From assembly GCA_010405405.1 (NCBI GenBank), contig MU004230.1, positions 2,080,627-2,144,626 of the forward strand: a stretch of DNA of 64,000 nucleotides. The letters run 5' to 3'. Every line of letters starts with the position of its first letter. The stretch's first letter is position 1. Source of the stretch: Microthyrium microscopicum. Lineage: Eukaryota. Under the pieces are notes generated by a model, which was given only the letters and a program-made list of their open reading frames with translations, was not told the origin of the DNA and made no database searches. A program made the position numbers and the translations under genes. Positions 37,436 through 49,491 of this stretch are shown piece after piece.

Positions 37436-37789
37436 CCGTAGAAAGCTCACAAGATGTCCGCAAGCTCTTGGGCGTTCAAAGTGGCTTTTAGCGTGTTTAT
37501 GTGGCGTTCTTACATTCTTCATAACTTCTCCCATTTACTTCGTTGTTACAGTAGGAGAATGCTTAAAATTCACAGTATAGGATAACAATACTAAGCTTAT
37601 GTGCCTTAACTTCTTATAGAGCAAAAATCTTATAAGATTCTATAGTTCTAATACTTCAAAAGTTGAGCCTATAAAACTGCTCCACTTAAATGCTACTTAA
37701 CCCTGTACTTTTAACGCCAAATACGCTAAATAGGCAGTTTTGGCGGAAACGATTGGCTACCTTGCGGACATCTTGTGAGCTTTCTACGG
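37436..37789. mobile_element. MITE (Tc1/mariner-type), 354 bp
   Basis: Perfect 29-bp TIR CCGTAGAAAGCTCACAAGATGTCCGCAAG with TA on both flanks; non-coding TpA-rich interior; subterminal inverted TTTAGCGT..TGGCGTT. Confidence 0.9.
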
Positions 37790-38464
37790 TATGTTCCTGA
37801 AAACAAGGTGCTCGATGCACAAGCCCTTCGTTCTTGGCTACAAGCGCCCGTTGCTTGACGACAACCGGTATGGCCGGACTGGGATTACCCGTTGTACCTT
37901 GCAGCTAGACGATTCTACAAATCATTCTAGAACTTCTATAGCAAACTGGTCATGGCGGTCAATCGGGGTGGCTTTCTCTAGAAATCAATTGTGCGGTTAT
38001 TTGAATCTCAAATGGTTATCATCGGTTAGCTTAAGCGCGTTGTGACCACTAAGGGAAAGCAACGACAACCAATTGCAAAGCATAGCACCTGGCTCTGGAT
38101 CAAATAGTGTATGTTGCACTATATTGGCCAGTTTCCACAACTCTGTTGATCAACTATTATTCCAAAATTTGACGGCTTGAAAATCCGAGCTGACTTTCTA
38201 AACATCATGGGATGTAAACATGGTACACATTCATTGCCATTATCTTGCCGACATGTGCTTCAATATGACAAAATTGACCTGGGAAGTCATGTATTTAATA
38301 GTTTCAAAGCAAGAAATTCTCAACTTTAAGATACCTCTGAACTTTTCCAAGCTATTATATTGTTCTCTGTACTCAAAACCCGGAACAAAATTATCTTTGC
38401 TGTTTCTTACAGGGCCAAGGAAGAACAGAATCTTAAGCAGAAAAAGCCCCCTTCTCTCCAGGAC

Positions 38465-40313
38465 ATGATGAATGAATTACAAAAGGTCAAACGTGGGTCT
38501 GATGCTTTGGGGCCTCGCATCCAGCAACAGGGACAAATTGTTGTGCTGGCTGAGCTGCAAAGGCAGCGGGATCAACGACAAGCAGAACTTCTCGACCTCG
38601 ACCAGCGAATTGCTAGTATGCAAGAAGGTCATCCCGTAGAGGATCAAATTCTAGTAACAAGGCCGACTACAGCAAATACAGCTCAAGATACTGCATTCCA
38701 GCGCTCAACGACGCCTCCTAGTCCACCACCGCAGGTCAGACATGTACAACCCCAACTTGCAAATACAGGCAATATGCCGCCTCCTGCACAAGTACCACCA
38801 CGGAGTAATCGGACCTATCAGCCTAGTCCCCTAAGTCAAGACCCACAGCAAGCCCAATATGACCCCCAATCTGCTGGTGGAAACAGCCCGAATTATGAAC
38901 CAAGTCCTCAGAGCTCGATATCAAGTGAACCCGCTGGTATTGCCGCCCAAAGTGGCCCAGTCGACCAGCCGAGCTTTCCAGGCCACAATAAACAGCAAGG
39001 ACAGTACGGCTATCCACACCAAGGACAGTACGGTTATCCGCAGCAAGGACAGTACAGTCCCCCACAGCAAGGCCAATATGGCTATCCACAGCAAGGACAG
39101 CCCGGTTACTATAGTGCAACAGGTCAAAACTTAGTACCTCAGCAGAGTCGTCCGCAAAGAGCTCCTCGTGCTCACCAGTACCCTTTAAGCAATAATCCAC
39201 AGCCAGCACAGCCAGCACAGTACAGCACTCACAATACAACAAGACATACTCTAACTTCTCAACAACAGCAAGACTACCAGAGTTTCCAAACAAACAGGCC
39301 CAGTACCGTCGAGTATCAAAGTAATCCGGGTCATCAGCAAGTAGGTACGCTCTCTAGTCTGGCGCATTGGTCTGACAGTCAGGATACAATTGGATCAGAC
39401 CTAGCTCGTCAACAGCTTCATCGTAACGCTCCGAATTACGCGCCATATGATACCGTCATCCACGAAGCTCTTCAAGGGCCAGGATATCCAGAGGCAGTAA
39501 ACAGAAATCCTGAACGGGAGATGTATCATAGAGGTGGAACTCCAGACGAAAGCGAAGACTCAGATGCGGAAGAAATAGAAAGAAGAATTGCGAGAGGAAT
39601 CAGAGAAGATATGGAAAGAGGGGCTGAAGGACGAGCTGCACGACTACGAATGGACAGAGCAGCTAGAAGAGTAATTGAAAGAGCAACTGAAAGAAGAGTT
39701 GAAAGTCAGGCTGAAAGCTTGGCTGAAGGTAACATCAGACGCGAAAGCTTGAGAAGAAAACTGGATCCAGTAAGTCCTAGACCGCCCTGGCTAGATAAGC
39801 AAAGATCTGATGACGTAGAGCAACAAAACCTTGTTGCTTCGAAAGAGTCCATTAAGTTGATAGACCCCGATGAGACAATAGACATGCGCTAAGAAGATGA
39901 AATCCAAGAAGATCCAATGCTTGTGGATCAGGATGACGAAGACCCGGAAGACCAGTATCAGCAAGGCGATGAGGAAGAAGATAGCGATAAAGACGATGAC
40001 CAGAATACCAGACGCGGCAGATCCTGTGAAAGAGTGGTTCCAGATCGATCAGACCGACATGTAAGTGGCAGATCCATGGAAAGATGGTGCGGAAGGCACA
40101 GAAAATGGGAATCTTTGCGCCGCAGGTTCGATCTGAAGGAAGGCAAGAAATGGTGCAAGGGTGAGCGGAATAAGACCTGTCGCATATGTTGTGTAAGTTG
40201 TCCCAGTGTGATGCCTCAACGATTGTTGTGCGATTGACTAATCTCTCTCAAACCAGGCGGAATCGAAGGCTCGAGCCAAAAAGAGAAAGCAACGTGATCG
40301 TGGGCGGCGTTGA
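38465..40313 (+). pseudogene. Q/P/G/Y-rich low-complexity protein with C-terminal Cys/His motif, interrupted by one in-frame TAA (39890-39892); nonsense allele or truncated gene
   Basis: ORF 38360-39892 continues in the same frame into ORF 39917-40237; intron 40193-40256 gives terminal exon AESKARAKKRKQRDRGRR*; true 5' end uncertain (acceptor-like TTCTTACAG at ~38411). Confidence 0.6.
38993..39112 (+). repeat. Coding 24-bp tandem repeat x5 (QQGQYGYP)
   Basis: CAGCAAGGACAGTACGGCTATCCA-like units at 38993, 39017, 39041, 39065, 39089. Confidence 0.9.
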
Positions 40314-41063
40314 TTTGTATCATGTATCTTCGTCACTTGTGTTGATCGTGACTAAGGACTGACGGAAGGGTCAGGGAGGCCTAGAAGGGGAAACCCGTGT
40401 TGTTATATCGGTCTTGCTATTTGTTAGATGTCTTGCTGGTACTTTTCCTGAGTCCGATCGAGAATGAGATACAGTTAAACCCATCCACCGGACTATCAGT
40501 CGTTACATGCCTGAGCTCATTCTGAAAAGCTGCTGTTATGCGCTCGACGAGGACCGGAGGATTCACAAAGAAGCAGTAGAGCATCTTAACAGAAAAGCAG
40601 AGTATGTCTCTGATGGATTTAACCATGTAACCGATTCCCAACCCAGCCAGTATAATACTATATGTACAGAAACGACAGCAGAAACCGCTCAAAAAACAAA
40701 CCCCAAACAGCCACCCAAGAGTACCGGAGTACTGAGTAAGTACAAACAAGCCGTCCACCACCATGAGACGGCCGCGTCCACCACTGAATGGGGGATCAAC
40801 TTCTTCAGAAGGAGCCTGACCTCTCGCGAGGAATGCTAACTTCTTCAGAAGGATCTCAACCAAAAAGTGGCGACCACGACCGTCCTCTGACAACGTCCAA
40901 AGGCCAAGTACAAACTCATCATAAAACATAATCATCATCAACGTATCCATCGAGCCTTTTCCAATAACCAAGCTCTTTTCAGTGTCCAATCCAGACAATC
41001 CTTTTCATAAAAACATCAACCTCAACAACCTCACACCATCCCCAAACCCTTTCATTACCACAC

Positions 41064-44000
41064 CTATGGTTTAGGACTCTTCCGCAAAGCCTTATTTTGC
41101 GCAACCATGTCCCAACCACCATCGTCTTCCAAGCGTTGACGCGCACGTCGATCACGCTTCCGCTCCGAGTCTGTGAGCTTGTCCGGTCCATTCCAATTGG
41201 CGGAGCTGGTGCGCTGACGGAACTTCTTCTGGCGTTCCTTATTGCCACCAAACACCTTATCCATATTCAATGGGCCAATAGGACCAAATACCGTCTCTGG
41301 GTCAATCATCTGCTGTGCCTTGAGGAGCTCATGGAGATTTGGCGACTTTGCCCAGTCTGGCACGACGAAGCCATCATCACTAAATTCTTCGTCGCTGTCA
41401 GAGGGAATGTCGGGAAGCTCAATGTACTCGCCATAATCACTAGGCGTGTAGTAGGGTGAGAGAGTTTGGCCGTTGTTAGAGGCTGAGGCGGGTGTTTTGA
41501 GTTGGTGCGCTGGCGTCTTAAGCTGTTGCGATGATGAGGATGCGGTAGTGGTCCATTGGGACTGTGAGCCAGATGGTGCAAAGGGAATGTGGCCGTTGGC
41601 GAATTGGGCCATGTTGGTTTGAGGTGTTTTGTGTTGCATATGAATTTGTTGGCTGGCAACAGTCTTTGAAACCTGAATGGCCGGAACTTGGCCATGGTTA
41701 GGTGTGTAGGCGTGAGCGAACTTGTTGTCCTGAGTCTTGTTAGATTTGTTGCAGAGCTGGTTCATTTCAGTGCTTACCTTGCGATTATTGGATTGGCGAA
41801 CTGGCGGTTGCATTACAGAGCCTCTATGCTCAGGCATGGCCAGTTCGTCATCCTCGGTCTTGCGACGTTTAGCATCAAGTTGCTGATAAGCAGGACCAGT
41901 ACGTTGAGGAGCTGCGCGCGATGGACCATGGTCATCTGTGTCTGCAGGTAAGGCACGCTTTGGTGGTTTAGCAGGGTTCATTTGGATGTGAGGTCTCATA
42001 GGATCATGAACGAGATTGGCCTTGTTGAGCGGTCGAGACTGGCCAACATCTCCACGAGCTGGCTGGGCGTTATGGCGGCTTTCGGGGCGTTGCGCCTGGC
42101 GTTGAGCTTCACGTCGCTCTTGCTCAGCGCGCTTCGCCTCCTCGGCTTTGCGTTGGGCGAGCTTTCGAGCTTCCTGCATGCGCTGCTGCTCGGCAGCCTT
42201 TCGCTCCTCCTCAAGCTTGCGTGCTTCTTCGATACGCTCCTGACGTTTTCGTTCTAGCTCGCGCTTTTGCTCAATTTTCCGCTCAGCTGCTCGCTTCTCT
42301 TCGGCTTTGCGCTCCGCGACGCGTTTCTCATTCTCCTTCTTCTTGTTTGCAGCCTCCAATGCACGCTTTTGAGTTGCGGTCAAGGTACGAATGCTGCTTG
42401 TTGAAGAGTTGGAATGTGCTGTCATTAGTGGAGGTTTAGTAGTCATTCCAGTCTTTGGAGGTGGTGGAGGTGGAATTGGGTCATGTAGACTCTGGTTGAG
42501 AACACTATTCGATGGCTCCCCAATCCTTTGAGATGGCATGCGAATCACGACTGGTGCTGGCTTTGATTTGGCAGCTTCTTTGGTAGGACGAGGAGCCGGG
42601 ATACGACGCGTCTGATTTTTACGTCCTTGAGTGGTTGGAAGCATGCTCTTTGGAGGTGGAGGTGGTGGCATATCATCGCCATCACTATCTTTGCTAGAAG
42701 CGGTTTCAGGTCGTGCTGGGTTATTGGGACGAGGAAGACTCTTGGCCGGAAGTGCACGATTCATCTTTTGCTGCGCAGCTGCTGCCGCTTTGGCTCGCTC
42801 CTTTTCACGAATCTTTTCGAGCTCAACAGCAGCTCGGCGATGTTCTGCATCCTGCTTAGCTTGATCTTGTTCCTGCTTGCGTTTGTGCTCTCTTTCAGTA
42901 GAGCTTCGCGTTCGTCGTCCTTCCTGCGCAGTCGAAGCCATGGCACCGGCATCAATGCTGGGAAACAGTGCTGGGGCAGGCCGAACATCAACTGACGGAC
43001 TAGCCAGCGGTTCGGCATAAGCAGATCTCAAACGACCGGGAGATAGAGCGTCCATCTTCGCCTGAGCACTGGCACCAGCACTGCTTGCAAACATGTTTTT
43101 GGCAGATTTTAGTACCGAATAGAATTTGGCTTTGGAAGCACTCAATGGCGCGTCCAATAATTTGCGACCGGAAGGTGAGCGTGGTGGTGATCCATGTGGA
43201 GTGGTGGTGCCATCCGCTCCAAGATTGGGAGTGGGATTGGAGACGGAGATTGGCTTTTGAGTGCTTGGATCTGGGGCCATTGCAGAACGCGTTGGTGATT
43301 CCAGAACGGTGGTTGAAACCATTTTCTTGTGTAAGCCTGGTCGCGATGGAGAGGCTTGTCGAGTTTTGGGAGAATCTATTCCCGCAAGTCTATTGGATAC
43401 TTCATCAACCAATCTCGACTCTCGAGTGGGACCATATTGGTGGTTTGAGGCTTCTGTAAAAGACGGACCCGGCTTTGTGATAGGAGCAATCCAGTCATCG
43501 TCTGATTCATAGGTGGTGTAATTCTCAGAGACAAATTTTTCTTGAAGCTGAGTCTGTTGAGAAGGCACCATTTCAGTTTCTTGGGTTGCAGGTGGTAGTG
43601 ATGGATAAAGTGGCTTGTCGGTTGATGTATGAAGAGGTTTGGATGATGGAGCTTCGCGTGCTTGTTTGAGCATATTAATGCGGTCTTTTAGACCCTGGGT
43701 GGATGTTTTGTTGTGCAATTTGAGAGTTTCGGATTGCTCATTTTCGGGTGCAGCAGGTCGTGATGTCTGATCGATATCCATTGCATCATGGCTGGATGCT
43801 TGGAATGTGGCAGTAGATGGGCCAGCAGTAGTTCTTGAAGTAGTATTTCGTCCAAGATGAGACGCTCTCGCGCCGAATGACTTTGACGCGTCCACATGAC
43901 TAGGTCGTGGGCCAATACTGGCCTTCGCCAATGGCTCACGAGCTGGTATCGAGGCAAACGTCAGACTACTCTTACGTGTGAGTTTGACTGGGCTATCAGT

Positions 44001-44976
44001 AGATGATTCTTCTTCATCATCGAGATCCATTGCGTCATCCACGACGGTGGTGGACTGAGTCTCAAACATCGGTTGAGCAATTGGAGAGAGTTTGTGAGGA
44101 GATGGGCCTTTGGCTGGTGATTTCTTAGAAGAAAATTGTGCGATAGATGCTTGATATGGAGGAGACGTAACAGGCTCATCGGCCATTGTAGACTGTGTTT
44201 CCTGTGCTCTCAGCTCTTCGGCAGAAGGCTTTCGGCTGGGGTTCTCTTTGGCAGAGACGAATGAATCATGTGAGACGCGTGCAGGCTCGATCTTAGCAGA
44301 CTCGACGCGATCTGACATGATGACATCTTCTATGGCATCTTCATGATAAGATTTTGTGGGAGATGCAGGTCCGTGTTGTGTCGATTGAGCATATTGTGTG
44401 GATTGAGTTTGAGGTAGATCAACGTCCATCTCATCGTGGTAGCCAGAGTCTTTGTAGATAGTCCGAAGAAATGATGCAGCCGTAGGCTTGGTAGGGGAGG
44501 TTCGGACGGGATATCGATTTTCAATGTCATTGGGAATTTCGAAGCGTCCAGTAAGTTTGGCGCTGGTGGCTTTGGCAGCACTAGAAGCTGGGTTGGGCGC
44601 GAATATGTCGGTAAGAGGCTTTTGGATATTAGTCAAGGGTACTTATTGAATATCAAAGAACTTACAGCGCGGTTGCCTAGTACTTGTCGTTGACGAGCTG
44701 TGCGAGGTGTTTTGCCGCGTAATTTGCCTGGAGTTTTGAATACGTCGATAACGTTGCTAGGGAATATGTTAGTTTTGGCTATCAAAAGTCGAGTTGGTAG
44801 ACTTACATGCGCTCGTTGGCGAAGATCTCATTCATGTGCTCATTGAGCCATTCCATCTCATTTCGGACATTGTAAGAAAAGTCCTCGACTTCATCGTTGG
44901 TCATTGACTGAGCAGCGCGTAGCTCATTCACAATCCAAGGCGCAGACCCAGTAGGTAGCTTTGATTGTGGAGGCAT
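41064..44976 (-). CDS. Inner centromere protein (INCENP/Sli15/Pic1 family), multi-exon
   Basis: N-terminal GSAPW...EVEDFSYNVRNEMEWLNEHMNEIF, KTPGKLRGKTPRT, long E/R/K helix, C-terminal IN-box LPDIPSDSD...PDWAKSP.L...DPETVFGP...FRQRTSSANW. Confidence 0.9.
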
Positions 44977-45656
44977 GGCGAAGAGTGGTGTGGTGGTAAC
45001 GCGAAAGACGCGAGGAAGGGTGCAATAATGCGGTAAGAGCTTTAAAAGCAAATGCAAACTGAAGTTACGGGAGCAGATTCATAAGCGGCAACGTGAACAT
45101 TCAAAATGCAAGTTGAAGCAGGGAGATGGCAGTTTGGATGGACTGATGATGGGATTGTTTTGATGGAGGGAGAGCTTTGTTTGGGATCTGGGAGGGAGCA
45201 CTTGCTGTCGGAGCCCTGCTAGCTTACCGTGCTCCGATTGGCTGCCACGTTGGCAAGGCGCGACTTGGGCTAGCGTGGTGGATTGAGATGGTCCAAGCTT
45301 TTTGAGCCTCCTTCTAGCCACAACGTCCTTCCCTTTACGGACTTCCATCATACATTCGGATTTAGGCCTGGGTCATTTTCCACTTGTAGTAGCAAAGCGT
45401 AAACTAAACGAGAGCTTAGAGTTGTTTCTCGAAGAAGTTGACGTATAGAGGAACACAAACATAACAATGAACATACTGTAGCTCGACATGTTCGCAGAGT
45501 AATGAAGCTTAAAAAAGTATATCCGCCGGAAATAACTCGCTCCTCAACCTCCATTACCGATGACATTGATGGTTGAGCACCAAATCACTCACTAATATAC
45601 GTTGCGGGTTCACATGAGGCCAGTCTAGATAAGCTACGACCTTGGTATACCTCACA

Positions 45657-47245
45657 ATGTCTATCTACAGGTGGGCTCTGTCGGGGTTTCTAAGGAGAGG
45701 ATCGTGTCTCTTACAGTCCAACGTCACTGCGGCTTCGCGGCATACCACTAATTTGTATACAAGAAGACGATGTTTCTCATCCTCACCATCTCGATCTCTC
45801 ATGGACACGTCAAACTTTACATCGACCCAGCTTGAAGTCAGGGAGGCAGTATCTAAACTATGCTCTCAATTTCCAGATGTATGTCTTGTAGCATCTTATC
45901 GGTAACAGGGGCTAAGTCACTGCAGGAATACTGGATGGAGCGAGATAGAAAAGAGCAATACCCACATGAACTCCATGCAGCAATGGTAAGAGATGGTTGG
46001 ATTGGAATTGCATTACCAGAAGAGCTTGGAGGAGGTGGATTGGGAATTTCAGAAGCTACAATGCTACTCAACACTATATCTCAGTACATTCATGATTCCA
46101 TCGATCTGCCCAAGAAGTTTGCTAAAAGTCATATAGAAGCGGAGCAGGTATGGCAGGAGCTCAGTCTATACACGCCAACGTATATGCCACCCAAGTTCGT
46201 ACGCAACATCGCAGTGTCTACTAAGCTCTAACCCATCGTATCCTCTAGCAAAGTTTGGCACCGACCAACAAAATCGCGACTGGATCCCGGATATAATCCA
46301 AGGCAGATCAAGAACCTGCTTCGGCGTGTTCGTCTTCCCCCAATGGCCATAAATGCCAACTATAACTTCAATCAAGAATCTAACAACTACCTAGCACAGA
46401 GCCAAACTCCGGCCTGAACACCCTCGCCCTCACAACAACCGCCACACGCTCTGGTGATAACTACCTAATCAGCGGTCAAAAGATCTGGATCTCCTCCGCC
46501 CAAGTCGCCACCCACATGATCCTCCTCGCCCGCACCACACCCGTCTCTGAATCCCCCAAACCCACGCACGGCTTGTCTCTCTTCTACATCCCTTTCAAAC
46601 CAGACAACACCACACTCACACTAACCCGCATCCCCAAACTCGGCGCCCGTGCAATAGACGCCAACCAAGTTTTCTTCGACTCGTATATCGTCCCAGCGGA
46701 CTCACTAATCGGCACCTTGGACGCCGGCTTCTCCTACGTCCTGCACGGCATGAACGCCGAGCGTTGTCTCCTAGCTGGTGAAGCGCTCGGTCTTGGCTAC
46801 GCAGCTCTCAAGAAAGCAACGAAGTACGCCCGTGAACGCTCCGTCTTTGGCGCACCGATAGGTTCGCGGCAAGGAATACAGCATCCACTGGCGAAGGCAT
46901 GGATGGGGCTGGAGGCAGCGAAACTAGCGACTTACCATGCAGCGAAACTGTATGATGAGGGCGTGGACGCGAAGGTTGTAGGGACGGCAGCGAATACGGC
47001 AAAGTATTTGGCGGCCGAGGCGGCGTTTGAAGCGTGTGAGAGGGCGGTGTTGACGCTGGGTGGGATGGGGTACAGTGAGGAGTTTCATGTGGAGAGGTAT
47101 TTGAGGGAATGCTTTATACCGCGGATTGCGCCGGTTAGTCGGGTAAGTTTGTCGAGACATTATGGGTGGTGTAGACTAATGGGGATAGGAAATGATCATG
47201 AATTATGTTGGGGAGAGGGTATTGGGGTTACCGAGAAGTTATTGA
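45657..47245 (+). CDS. Acyl-CoA dehydrogenase, probably mitochondrial, multi-exon
   Basis: GWIGIALPEELGGGGLG, TEPNSG, ISGQKIWISSAQ, GMNAERCL, FGAPIG..QGIQHPLA, TLGGMGYSEEFHVERY, GLPRSY*. Confidence 0.92.
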
Positions 47246-47524
47246 TGTTCGGGACTGTGTGGGAAGCAGGCAAGAATGGCATGAGAGCCAGTGATATGTC
47301 CATTCATCAACAAGGTCGATTTGCCTGCTCAACAGGACGGAACCTGAATTTCAAAGGCGAGCTTACGGGGACTCGATGTGTATGGTCCATAACAAGCGGT
47401 AGATCATACCATCAGGATCTTGATGTTGAAATATGTGCAGAAATGCCATACAATGCAAATCATATCTATGAGCCGTCTATTTACAAATATTGTACAAAAA
47501 TCGCTATTCACACGTGCAGCAGTA

Positions 47525-48833
47525 TTACGTCGGATCATTCTCCAACTGCAGCTCAGCCGCCATCTCCCTCTTCACCATCGTCTGCTTTCCCTGCACCATC
47601 AACTCCATGAAATGATTCAAGAAGCATCGAAGTCCTAACTGCTCACCACGTCGCACTATATACCCATTGATAAATGGGGCATCCGTCGCCCGTCCGCGCC
47701 GTACATCTTCCTGCATGCTAGTCGCCGTGCCAGGCGTCGCAAATGCGTGTGACACCAGAACATTCTCCAGCCGATCTGGCGCAAAACGCAGATGAGCAGT
47801 AGGATGGCCGCGCAACTCTGGAAGATTGCGCAGGACAAGGCTGGTCTCGGCGAGCAGTAGACGTTGAGCGCGTGTGAGGTTGTGGTTGAAGACCATGCTG
47901 GCATTTGGTGCATCCAGAAGGGAAGTGAGTGGCGAGAGGGTGGCGGATATGGCTAGTTTTTCGAGTTGCATCATGTGAATATCGAGAGGTGGGAGGATTG
48001 TAGTGCTTAGTCGATGAGCGGAAATGAGCTTGGAGGTTAGATAGTCGGATTGGTAAGGGGCTTCTGGAAGAGGCGCGGCGAGTTGGTCGACCATTTTCGT
48101 GCCTTGGAGAGGATGCGTGGTTATAAAGAGTCCGCCGGAGCGTACAAGGTGCATTTGAAAATCAGTGGGATGGGCAGCCGAGATGGAAAGTTCTGGGCGC
48201 GCGACGTTGTGATTCAAGTCCCCGAGTAAAAAGGTTGGCCTGTTGTTCTCATTTGGAAATACTTCTTCCGTTACCAGCTGCTCAAGTGTGCCCAGTCCTG
48301 TGGTAAGAATTAAGACACTGCTTGCTGCGCTCAAACGGTGTCGAATCGCAAGCAGCGACGGCAGTATGCGCTGCGCTTTGGTTGCAATTATGAGATGTTG
48401 GATAGGATCCTTTATAGAAATATCCGGCGGATCTGCTTCGTCCTCCGCCAAAGCTCCTGCCGGTTTGGCATCATAATGCGGTTTCCACGTAGGTTCTGCC
48501 CATGTTGCAAATGAAACGGCCTTTCCATGCATTCGCATTGCACCTCTAGCCATCTGTACATCAACAGCCTCCTCGTCAATGCCATATATGTTCCTTTGTA
48601 ACGCCAGTGTTCGGGGAGAGTTGCGCCAGCTATTGAAAGCCCGCGAAGTATGAAGTAGAAGCGTTACGGGCGGAGGGTCGCGCTGAGTGCGTAAAGAATG
48701 GGCGACAAATTGACCAAGTGGACCGTCAGCCTGGACGTAAATGCGCTTGTCGCCAATGGGGTCACTAACGGATATCTGTAAGGACTTCTATGTAGACAGA
48801 GGACTATATCAAACATACCTGACTGGTCTCCAT
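47525..48833 (-). CDS. Ketopantoate reductase (PanE/ApbA)-like protein with degenerate catalytic motifs
   Basis: RIYV...LGQFVAHSL....PPPVTLLLH, IQHLIIATKA, QLEKLAI, TSMQEDVRRGRATD..INGYIVRRG; start uncertain (ATG 48833 or GTG 48973). Confidence 0.75.
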
Positions 48834-49491
48834 GGCGATTCTTCTTCTTGACGTGATGAATAACGTCTTATGGCCACCCGGCCCACGCAGAGGTTACCTG
48901 AAACCCATGCTCTCGAGTAGAGATGTATAGGGGACCGCAACAAAGGCGGGAGGTTGAAGAGTGAGAATTTCACGTTGACGAGGCCAGACGAGTCGCTAAA
49001 TCATCTGGAATGACTTTATCTGCATCAACCAAAGAGTAAAGACACAGAAAGACTTGAAAATAGAGAGTTGCGATTCTGTTGCTTGACGCGGCGTTCTTCA
49101 AAAAATTCCATGACGAGAAGATTGATATCTAGGGTTACCATGCAGATTGCCCTAAATCTCAAGTTCTCGATTTCCAACCAAATTATAAGCGAGAAGCTGT
49201 GAGGTAAATAGGACCTAGGTGCATGCAGTAAGGCATTATTGTATAGGGAGAATCAGAGTCAAATGCATACAAAAGGACTTGCAATTGCTAATTGGAAGAG
49301 TCATGAAAGCAACCAGACGCCAAACCAGAAACCCATTTGATATTTCCAGCTCCGCTCAGCTCTTCAAAGCCATCAATCATGTTCAGCAAGGCACAGAGTT
49401 ACCATACCAGACTGTTTATATATACACCTCACTCTTTTCTAATCTTCATACGGACCAATCTCACACTATGAACAAATCAGACACGCTCTTC

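Noticed and set aside
38993..39112. Regularly spaced repeats as a possible CRISPR array
   Set aside because: Contiguous in-frame coding repeats without spacers, in a eukaryotic gene
40417..40998. Overlapping 193-aa (-) and 110-aa (+) ORFs with a 16-bp duplication
   Set aside because: No domain; lies in the expected INCENP 3' region
47146..47610. Long C-terminal extension of the acyl-CoA dehydrogenase ORF
   Set aside because: Artefact of reading through an intron; the spliced gene ends GLPRSY* at 47245
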